NCBI GenBank assembly: GCA_030604855.1
Contig: JAUVVC010000003.1
Span: 90,001-122,000, forward strand
From: Erysipelotrichaceae bacterium
Lineage (GTDB): Bacteria; Bacillota_I; Bacilli_A; Erysipelotrichales; Erysipelotrichaceae
Direction: 5' to 3'
DNA: 32,000 nt
Shown one piece after another: positions 23,819 to 30,891 of the stretch (position 1 is the stretch's first letter; every line of letters begins with the position of its first letter). The notes below the pieces were generated by a model. The model saw nothing but the letters and a program-made list of their open reading frames with translations. It searched no databases and was not told the origin of the DNA. The position numbers and the translations under genes are program-made.

Positions 23819-25804
23819 ATGCGCATTGCACTTGCAGGGAATCCAAACAGTGGTAAAACCACACTCTTCAATGCGTTGACGGGAAGCATCGAACACGTTG
23901 GCAACTGGCCAGGCGTCACCGTCGCACGTAAAGAAGGGTATGTAAAAAAACAGCTTAATACAAATCAGAACATTCGGATCGTGGATCTACCTGGAACCTA
24001 TTCCATGAGCCCATTCACATCTGAGGAACGCATCACCAAAGACTATGTTCAGAGTGAACAGCCCGATGTGATCATCAATATCATTGATGCATCGAACTTA
24101 AGCCGTAGTCTTTTCTTTACGACGCAATTGTTAAGTCTGGGTGTTCCGGTCGTCATCGCTCTAAACAAATGGGATCTGATCGCAAAGAAAGCCATTGACA
24201 TCGATCTGGTGCATTTAAGCAAAGACTTGAACTGTCCCATCATTGAGGTTTCGGCATTGCGTCAAAAAGGCTTGAAAACACTTTTAGATACATGCATAGA
24301 ACGCAAAGGGACGATACAGAAGCCCGTCTTTACGGAACGCACAGATGCGAACTTGAATAAAGAAGAATGGTTGATTGAAGAAAATGAACGTTCATCTTTT
24401 GTCGCACAATTGGTGAAACATGTCGAAAAGCGTTCCATAGACTCACACCAAATGAATTTCAATGATCAAATCGATCGCATCGTAGCCCACCCTTTCTTCG
24501 GTATCCCCATTTTTGTGGTGATTCTCTATGGTGTATTCTCCATTTCACAAGCGACTTTGGGTCCATTCCTAGCGGATTATTTTGTGGGTTGGATCGATCT
24601 CTTTTACGCGATTGTGGCAGATTTGATGGGGAATCAGGTTTCGCCTTTCTTACAAGCCTTGGTTTTGGATGGTGTCATCGGAGGTGTGGGGGCTATTGTT
24701 GGTTTCCTACCCTTGATCATGGTTCTGTTCTTTATGTTGGCTTTGCTTGAAGACAGTGGTTATATGGCACGTGTCGCACTGATCATGGATCCCTATTTGA
24801 AGAAAGTAGGTCTATCGGGACGCTCCATCATTCCAATGGTCATCAGTACCGGTTGTGCGATTCCGGGCATCATGTCCACACGTACCATCCGTGATGAACG
24901 TCAACGCAGGACTACGGCGATGCTTACATCGTTCATGCCCTGTGGGGCGAAACTGCCAGTCATTGCCTTGTTTGCGGGTGTATTCTTCCAAGATGCCGCA
25001 TGGGTAGGAACCTTGATGTATTTCATGGGCATTCTGATCATCTTCTTTGGGGCGATCGTGATCCGTAAGATCAATGGCGATACCTCCAAAGCATCCTATT
25101 TCATCATGGAACTTCCCGAGTATCGTATTCCCAGCTTGAAACGTGCGTTCATCGCGATGATCTCACAAGGCAAACAGTTCGTCATCAAAGCCGTGACGAT
25201 CATTCTTTTGAGTAATATCTTGGTACAGATCATGCAGACGTTCTCATGGAACTTGCAATTGGTTGAAGAGGGTGCGGAAGCATCCAGCATCCTTGCCAGC
25301 ATCGCCACCCCCATAGCACTCATTCTGGTGCCTTTAGGTTTCGGTGTATGGCAACTCGCAGCTGCTGCCATCACAGGCTTCATTGCGAAGGAAAATGTGG
25401 TAGGTACTTTGGCAGTTGTGTTTGGCATCACCAATTTCATTGACGTGGAAGCACTGGAAGTCGTTTCAGGAACGGGTGAAATTTCATCCATCATGGGCAT
25501 CACGACAATTGCAGCTTTAGCGTATCTTGTCTTCAATCTCTTCACACCACCGTGTTTCGCAGCCATTGGGGCGATGAATGCCGAATTGGACTCAAAGAAA
25601 TGGTTGTTGGGGGCGATTGGCTTCCAATTGGGCATGGGTTATACCTTAGCGTATTTCATCTATCAAATCGGCACGCTGATCACGACCGGTCAGTTTGGCC
25701 ATGGATTATTCTTAGGGTTCTTGATCGTATCATTCTACATCGGATCCATTGTATATTTGATTAAACGAAATGATCAAAGTCAAATGACTTTGCAAGGGGC
25801 ATAA
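23819..25804 (+). CDS. feoB: Ferrous iron transport protein B
   Basis: G-domain GNPNSGKTTLFNALTG, DLPGTYS and NKWD, followed by a polytopic permease domain. GAGGAG SD lies upstream. Confidence 0.95.
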   Translation: MRIALAGNPNSGKTTLFNALTGSIEHVGNWPGVTVARKEGYVKKQLNTNQNIRIVDLPGTYSMSPFTSEERITKDYVQSEQPDVIINIIDASNLSRSLFFTTQLLSLGVPVVIALNKWDLIAKKAIDIDLVHLSKDLNCPIIEVSALRQKGLKTLLDTCIERKGTIQKPVFTERTDANLNKEEWLIEENERSSFVAQLVKHVEKRSIDSHQMNFNDQIDRIVAHPFFGIPIFVVILYGVFSISQATLGPFLADYFVGWIDLFYAIVADLMGNQVSPFLQALVLDGVIGGVGAIVGFLPLIMVLFFMLALLEDSGYMARVALIMDPYLKKVGLSGRSIIPMVISTGCAIPGIMSTRTIRDERQRRTTAMLTSFMPCGAKLPVIALFAGVFFQDAAWVGTLMYFMGILIIFFGAIVIRKINGDTSKASYFIMELPEYRIPSLKRAFIAMISQGKQFVIKAVTIILLSNILVQIMQTFSWNLQLVEEGAEASSILASIATPIALILVPLGFGVWQLAAAAITGFIAKENVVGTLAVVFGITNFIDVEALEVVSGTGEISSIMGITTIAALAYLVFNLFTPPCFAAIGAMNAELDSKKWLLGAIGFQLGMGYTLAYFIYQIGTLITTGQFGHGLFLGFLIVSFYIGSIVYLIKRNDQSQMTLQGA

Positions 25805-25805
25805 A

Positions 25806-25943
25806 ATGATCGACTACATCATCGGTGGCATACTGGTCGTTATTGTCATTCTGATCGTGCGTAAACTTGTCTTAGACAAAAAACGAGGCGTCAGCTGTGG
25901 ATCTTGTCCATCAACAGGATCTAATCACTGCGATTGTGATTAA
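25806..25943 (+). CDS. Unannotated FeoB-associated Cys-rich small membrane protein (45 aa)
   Basis: Not in the ORF track. MIDYIIGGILVVIVILIVRKLVLDKKRGVSCGSCPSTGSNHCDCD: one TM helix plus a C-terminal CxxC...CxC tail. The ATG follows the feoB stop after one intervening nucleotide. Confidence 0.7.
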   Translation: MIDYIIGGILVVIVILIVRKLVLDKKRGVSCGSCPSTGSNHCDCD

Positions 25944-25947
25944 TTAA

Positions 25948-25980
25948 AAGATTGGATCAAACATTGACCCAATCTTTTTT
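25948..25980. terminator. Bidirectional terminator between the feo operon and glmS
   Basis: AAGATTGG ... CCAATCTT stem with inner TCAA / TTGA pairing. T run on the + strand and TTTTAATT on the - strand. Confidence 0.75.
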
Positions 25981-27807
25981 TTACTCGACGGTAACGGATT
26001 TTGCGAGGTTGCGTGGTTTATCCACATCCAAACCTCTTAAGACGGAACTGTAATAGGCAAAGAGCTGAAGTGGAATGATGCTTGTCAAAGGCATGAGGTC
26101 TTCATGGACTTCAGGAAGAATGAACTCACGATCGCTGAAATCATGGGTGTGTTCCAAACCTGGTCGTCCGATCAAGATGACTTTGGCACCCCGTGCCTTG
26201 ACTTCTTTGATGTTGGAGACCATCTTTTCAATCAAACCTGCTTGTGTGACTAAGGCGATGACGGGGAAGTCTTCCACAATGAGTGAAATGGTTCCGTGTT
26301 TGAGTTCGCCTGCTGGGTAGGCTTCGGAGTGGATATAGGAGATCTCTTTGAGTTTTAATGAAGCTTCCAAGGCCATGGCATAATCCAAGCCTCTTCCTAG
26401 GAAGAACACATTTCTATTATTCACGAATTCGGAAGCCATCTGTTTGATCGTCTCTTGTTTATCCAAGAGATCTTGGGTGATAACGGGCAGTTTTAACAAG
26501 GAGTCCAATAAGTCTTGGGTTTGCTCAGCACTCACTGATCCTTTGACTTCACCAAGCTTATACGCCAACAAGGTAAACAAAGCAACTTGTACAAAATAAG
26601 CCTTTGTACTGGCGACAGCGATTTCCAAGCCAGCCCAGGTATAGAGCACATAGTCTGCTTCACGGGCAATGGATGAACCCACCACATTGACGATCGCGAT
26701 GACTTTGGTGCCTCTGGATTTCGCTAAGCGAAGGGCTGCTAAGGAATCGGCGGTTTCGCCGGATTGTGAGACGATGATGACCATGTCTTCAGGATTCAAG
26801 ATGGGATCACGATATCTGAACTCACTCGCCACTTCCACGTCACAACTGATGCGGGCATGTTTCTCAATGAGTTGCTTACCCACCATCGCCGCATGCATGG
26901 CGGTACCACAAGCGATGAGATGGAACTTTTGGATTCTACTGAGCACTTCAGGGGTTAGACCAGATTCACTGAAATCGATCTTATGATCTTTGATGCGTGG
27001 TCCAACCGCATTCATGAGAACAGTCGGCTGTTCATGGATTTCTTTAAGCATGAAATGTGGATAACCCGCTTTTTCAGCACTTTGACGATCCCAAGATGCG
27101 ACTTGGACTTCTTTATGAATTTCTTCCAAATCATGATCCAGAATCATTACTTTATCTTGTTTGATGATCGCAATTTCATCTTCTTCCAAAAGATAATATT
27201 CACGGGTATGATCGAGTATTGCGGTGATGTCGGATGCGATGAAGTTCTCATCTTTACCCAAACCAATGATCAAAGGACTGTCCTTGCGAATGGCATAGAT
27301 GGTATCGGGATGTCCTTCAAAGAGGATACCCAAGGCATATGAACCACGAATCTTTTCCAAGACTTTCTTGATGGCTTCCAGTGGATTGCCCTTTTGGACA
27401 TAATAGTAATCCACCAGCTTCGCTAATGCTTCGGTATCCGTTTGGGATTCAAAGGTGTAACCTTTACGAATCATGCGTTCTTTGATTTGAAGATAATTCT
27501 CGATGATGCCATTGTGTACCAAAGAAATACGATGATTTCCATGGGGATGTGAGTTGATGTCCGAAGGTTCACCGTGAGTTGCCCAACGGGTGTGACCAAT
27601 ACCGACAAAGGCATTGGGAAGGGGGTTTTGTTCAAGTTTAAGGGCGATATTATCGATTCGTCCTTTGGTTTTCAAGGTCTTGATTTCACCTTGTTTGAAT
27701 ACAGAAATACCTACAGAGTCATATCCACGGTACTCAAGTTGTCTCAAGCCCGCAATTAAAAGTTCAGGTGCTGGCTTATTGCCAACCACACCTACGATTC
27801 CACACAT
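25981..27807 (-). CDS. glmS: Glutamine--fructose-6-phosphate aminotransferase (isomerizing)
   Basis: N-terminal MCGIVG nucleophile. Two SIS domains (VSQSGETADSL). C-terminal NLAKSVTVE. Confidence 0.97.
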   Translation of the reverse strand: MCGIVGVVGNKPAPELLIAGLRQLEYRGYDSVGISVFKQGEIKTLKTKGRIDNIALKLEQNPLPNAFVGIGHTRWATHGEPSDINSHPHGNHRISLVHNGIIENYLQIKERMIRKGYTFESQTDTEALAKLVDYYYVQKGNPLEAIKKVLEKIRGSYALGILFEGHPDTIYAIRKDSPLIIGLGKDENFIASDITAILDHTREYYLLEEDEIAIIKQDKVMILDHDLEEIHKEVQVASWDRQSAEKAGYPHFMLKEIHEQPTVLMNAVGPRIKDHKIDFSESGLTPEVLSRIQKFHLIACGTAMHAAMVGKQLIEKHARISCDVEVASEFRYRDPILNPEDMVIIVSQSGETADSLAALRLAKSRGTKVIAIVNVVGSSIAREADYVLYTWAGLEIAVASTKAYFVQVALFTLLAYKLGEVKGSVSAEQTQDLLDSLLKLPVITQDLLDKQETIKQMASEFVNNRNVFFLGRGLDYAMALEASLKLKEISYIHSEAYPAGELKHGTISLIVEDFPVIALVTQAGLIEKMVSNIKEVKARGAKVILIGRPGLEHTHDFSDREFILPEVHEDLMPLTSIIPLQLFAYYSSVLRGLDVDKPRNLAKSVTVE

Positions 27808-27819
27808 ATGTATGATCCT

Positions 27820-27950
27820 TTCAAGTCCAATCTGATAAAGTCTCTGTTTATTTATCCTTTATCTCACGACGATTGGTCGCCGAAGAGGCATCCGCCGAAT
27901 CTTTCGATACTCCTCTTTCCTCGTCACTTCTTTAAGCCGGGCGCTGTAAC
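27820..27950 (-). ncRNA. glmS ribozyme (GlcN6P-dependent self-cleaving leader)
   Basis: The minus strand reads ACAGCGCCCGGCUUAAAGAAGUGACGAGGAAAGAGGAGUAUCGAAAGAUUCGGCGGAUGCCUCUUCGGCGACCAAUCGUCGUGAGAUAAAGGAUAAA. This contains the A/GCGCC cleavage site (about 27945/27944), GACGAGG, AUCGAA..UUCGGCGGAUGCC and the AAGGA core blocks. It lies directly upstream of glmS. The ends are approximate. Confidence 0.85.
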
Positions 27951-28260
27951 TATTTGTCTACGGTATTTGTCAGTACATTCCTCCTTCACTTTGCCCATTT
28001 TATCACAAGTCTGTGCTCTGAGCAATCAACGGATGATATGCGTTAATTCACGTGTAAGATTGTTAAACCTTAATCTGTACTTCAATGATTGAGACATCAA
28101 CGTTTAACGTTATGGATTTTGATCAACCTGGATAAGCATGCGAATCAAGGACTTGGATCCATCATAATGAGGATTGAGGACGAGGATCACTTTAGCTGCC
28201 CATCTTTGATGAGTTTACCCCTACCCAAGATACTTTTCTTCGTGTATAATGTTTAAGCAT

Positions 28261-28337
28261 CGGGACGTAGCACAGCTTGGTAGTGCACTACCTTGGGGTG
28301 GTAGGGGTCGCGCGTTCAAATCGCGTCGTTCCGACCA
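28261..28337 (+). tRNA. tRNA-Pro (anticodon GGG), CCA encoded
   Basis: Manual cloverleaf: acceptor CGGGACG / CGTTCCG, anticodon stem CTACC / GGTAG with loop TTGGGGT, T-arm GCGCG-TTCAAAT-CGCGT. Confidence 0.9.
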
Positions 28338-28339
28338 AT

Positions 28340-28416
28340 GCGGCCGTAGCTCAGTTGGATAGAGCGAGCGCCTCCTAAGCACTAGGTCACAGGTTCAATT
28401 CCTGTCGGTCGCACCA
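28340..28416 (+). tRNA. tRNA-Arg (anticodon CCT), CCA encoded
   Basis: Acceptor GCGGCCG / CGGTCGC, D-arm GCTC-AGTTGGATA-GAGC, anticodon loop CTCCTAA, T-arm ACAGG-TTCAATT-CCTGT. One C-A mismatch in the anticodon stem. Confidence 0.85.
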
Positions 28417-28446
28417 GAGAACAAAATCCCCAATCATTAAATAGAT

Positions 28447-28529
28447 GCACCAGTGGCGAAACTGGCAGACGCGCACGCTTGAGGGGCGTGTGGGCAACCG
28501 TGCGGGTTCAAATCCCGCCTGGTGCACCA
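28447..28529 (+). tRNA. tRNA-Leu (anticodon GAG), long variable arm, CCA encoded
   Basis: Acceptor GCACCAG / CTGGTGC, anticodon stem CACGC / GCGTG with loop TTGAGGG, 11-nt variable arm, T-arm GCGGG-TTCAAAT-CCCGC. Confidence 0.9.
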
Positions 28530-28540
28530 TTTGGAAATTG

Positions 28541-28560
28541 ACACCGTAAGGTGTTTTTTC
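28541..28560 (+). terminator. Rho-independent terminator after the tRNA cluster
   Basis: ACACC-GTAA-GGTGT hairpin followed by TTTTTC. Confidence 0.7.
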
Positions 28561-28596
28561 TTTGTTATAATGAATTCAACCACAAAGGGGAAGTAC

Positions 28597-29163
28597 ATGG
28601 GTTATCCTGAAAACTTTTCGCCACGTAACTACCACACGATTGTATTGGATGTCGATAATCATTTCTATCCTAGGCATTTCAAGACTTCATCAGCGGCGAT
28701 TAATGCTTGGTTGGGTGCTGTTTTGAGTGTTGAAACAAGCACATTGAAATTGGATGAACTTAAGTTGGATTTGATGCAGCGATTAAGTAAAGGGAAGCCA
28801 ATCCTCCATTTCAATGCGAATGAAGTGGATTGGATTGAAGTAAAATTGACGCGTAGAGGAACATTCAATTGGCGTCAAGCGGATTATCCACACGGGAACT
28901 TCTTGTTGGATGTTCGACTTGATTTAATGAATGGGGATCGTTTTCATTTAGAAGCAGATGCGTTTGAAATTGTGGAAGTATGGATCCAGTCCCTTAAAGA
29001 TCATGGCTTCAAAGTGAGCGATCCAATGGACTTGGCACATCGTTTTCGCTCAATAGAGTCAAATTACAAAGTGCGCTATGATCATCTTGCCACACAATAT
29101 GATGCGCTTGCGCTGGAATTCAACTTAGAGAATCCACGAACACGTATCGAAGTCATAAAGTGA
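28597..29163 (+). CDS. Hypothetical protein (188 aa), no recognisable family
   Basis: ATG at 28597 follows AAGGGGAAG. The longer track ORF from 28522 would overlap the tRNA-Leu 3' end and the terminator. Codon usage looks native. Confidence 0.55.
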   Translation: MGYPENFSPRNYHTIVLDVDNHFYPRHFKTSSAAINAWLGAVLSVETSTLKLDELKLDLMQRLSKGKPILHFNANEVDWIEVKLTRRGTFNWRQADYPHGNFLLDVRLDLMNGDRFHLEADAFEIVEVWIQSLKDHGFKVSDPMDLAHRFRSIESNYKVRYDHLATQYDALALEFNLENPRTRIEVIK

Positions 29164-29240
29164 ACGTAAATCGTTCATTTTAATTAGGGTTTAAAATTCG
29201 GATAGGTAGGCGTATGATTATAAATAAAACGGAGACGATT

Positions 29241-30407
29241 ATGAACTTTGAACAGAAAATAGAACGTAAGCATACGAATTCCATCAAATGGGATGGTCAT
29301 CAACTATTTAAGGCCAATCCTGAAGCCTTACCCTTATGGGTAGCGGACATGGACTTTAAAACCGATGAACACATCGTAGAGGCATTGACAAAGCTTGCGA
29401 AGTTTGGTGTCTATGGGTACAGTTTTGAACCGGAATCCTACTTCGAAGCAGTTAAGGGATGGATGCAAAGACGTCATAACTGGACGATAGAGCGTGAATG
29501 GATCTTCTCAACTCCGGGTGTGGTCAGTGCTGTGAATGCCTGTATTCTCGCATTGACAAAGGAAGGTGAAGCTGTTCTGATTCAGGAACCTGTTTATCAT
29601 CCGTTCAAAAATTCAATCCAGTACAATAAGCGTGTTCCAGTGATCAATCCTTTGAAGCTGGATGGAACACAATACACGATTGATTTTGAAGACTTCGAGC
29701 ATAAGATCATTAATGAACAGGTCAAACTCTTTATTTTATGTTCACCACACAATCCGGTGGGTCGCGTATGGTTGAAAGAAGAGTTGAAACAAATGTTGGA
29801 CATCTGTTTGAAACATCAGGTCATTGTCGTTTCGGATGAGATTCACATGGATTTCGTTTATGAACCAAATAAACATACGGTTGCGGTGAGTTTGGATGAT
29901 CGTTATCAGGCTTTTGTGATTACTTTAGTTGCGCCAAGTAAGAGCTTCAATCTTGCGACCTTCAAGCTTTCGCAATTGATCACTTCAAATAAGGCTTTCA
30001 TGGAAAAGATCAAGCATGAGTATGAACGTTTAGGCCTACATGGTCAAAATCAATTCAGCATCATTGCGAGTGAAATGGCCTATGCGCATGGGGATGCGTA
30101 TATGGATGCGTTGGTTGAAGCTTTGATGACCAATATTGAGTGGGTCAAGGCTTTTGTGGCAACAGAACTGCCACAGATCAAAGTCATGGATATTGAGGGG
30201 ACGTACTTGATGTGGTTGGATTTTAAGGCTTTAAACATGAAGCAAAAAGACTTGGCTGATTTCTTGATGAATCAAGCCAAGTTGTGGTTGAATGATGGAT
30301 CGATGTTTGGTGAAGGGGGTGAAGGTTTCATGCGTTTGAATGTGGCAACGGATCTGGAAACCTTGAAACAAGCCTTCTATCAATTAAGAAACACTATAGA
30401 CAATTAA
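29241..30407 (+). CDS. MalY/PatB-family PLP-dependent C-S lyase (cystathionine beta-lyase type aminotransferase class I/II)
   Basis: N-terminal RKHTNSIKWD signature, CSPHNPVGRVW, SDEIH, and PLP-Lys block APSKSFNLA. ATG at 29241 follows ACGGAGA. Confidence 0.85.
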   Translation: MNFEQKIERKHTNSIKWDGHQLFKANPEALPLWVADMDFKTDEHIVEALTKLAKFGVYGYSFEPESYFEAVKGWMQRRHNWTIEREWIFSTPGVVSAVNACILALTKEGEAVLIQEPVYHPFKNSIQYNKRVPVINPLKLDGTQYTIDFEDFEHKIINEQVKLFILCSPHNPVGRVWLKEELKQMLDICLKHQVIVVSDEIHMDFVYEPNKHTVAVSLDDRYQAFVITLVAPSKSFNLATFKLSQLITSNKAFMEKIKHEYERLGLHGQNQFSIIASEMAYAHGDAYMDALVEALMTNIEWVKAFVATELPQIKVMDIEGTYLMWLDFKALNMKQKDLADFLMNQAKLWLNDGSMFGEGGEGFMRLNVATDLETLKQAFYQLRNTIDN

Positions 30408-30427
30408 AGGCACGAATCGTGCCTTTT
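30407..30427. terminator. Bidirectional terminator overlapping both stop codons
   Basis: AAGGCACG-AAT-CGTGCCTT hairpin followed by TT. Confidence 0.75.
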
Positions 30428-30833
30428 AGTTATCTGCTTTGTAGTTCATGTTCAACCAGGACCATTCCCATTGATGTCCATCCAAATCTTCAAAGACTCT
30501 GAAATACATGAAGCCATGGTCCTTGGGTGGATTGTATTCCTTGGCACCGAGTGATACCGCTTTATCAACCAAGGCATCAACCGCTTCACGGGACTCAAGG
30601 GTTGGTGATATCAATGTTTCGGTTGTTTTAAAGGCATCGCTAACCGGTTTGTTGGTAAAGGATTGAAAGAAGTCTTCCTTTAGAAGCATGATGCAGGTGG
30701 ATTCACTTAATATCATGCATAAACCATTTTCATTAGAGTATTCACGGTTGAACTTAAAACCGAGTTCGGAAAAGAACGTTTCGGTTCTTTGGACATCCTT
30801 GACAGCGAGATTGACGAAGAGTTGCGGATTCAT
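30426..30833 (-). CDS. VOC-family (glyoxalase/bleomycin-resistance fold) protein
   Basis: Motifs: LFVNLAVKDVQRTETFFSELGF, CMILSE..IMLL and DHGFMYFRVFEDLDGHQWE. ATG at 30833 lies 7 nt after GGAGG; the track start at 30839 is a TTG inside that spacer. Confidence 0.8.
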   Translation of the reverse strand: MNPQLFVNLAVKDVQRTETFFSELGFKFNREYSNENGLCMILSESTCIMLLKEDFFQSFTNKPVSDAFKTTETLISPTLESREAVDALVDKAVSLGAKEYNPPKDHGFMYFRVFEDLDGHQWEWSWLNMNYKADN

Positions 30834-30891
30834 AAACAATCCTCCTTTTTCTCAGTTTACGCTGAATTCGTTTAATTATATATTGAAATGC

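Noticed and set aside
25096-25635. A 179-aa ORF antisense to feoB
   Set aside because: It lies entirely within the permease domain of a confidently identified feoB. It has an Ala/Met/Thr-rich shadow composition and no translation signals.
27614-28092. Plus-strand ORFs of 73 and 94 aa upstream of glmS
   Set aside because: They overlap the glmS 5' end, the glmS ribozyme and its promoter region on the opposite strand. They have no SD. The RNA element explains the sequence conservation better.
28522-28596. N-terminal extension of the hypothetical ORF overlapping tRNA-Leu
   Set aside because: It would begin inside the tRNA-Leu acceptor/CCA end and read through the tRNA terminator. The ATG at 28597 with AAGGGG upstream is the plausible start.
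28261-29200. Possible genomic island or mobile element integrated at the tRNA cluster
   Set aside because: No integrase, recombinase or transposase ORF was found. By eye I found no direct repeat of a tRNA 3' end in the window, and flanking genes look like housekeeping metabolism. This cannot be excluded beyond the window.
29164-29240. T-box or SAM riboswitch upstream of the MalY/PatB-type lyase
   Set aside because: Only 77 nt of leader is available. There is no specifier or antiterminator-like structure and no conserved riboswitch core visible.
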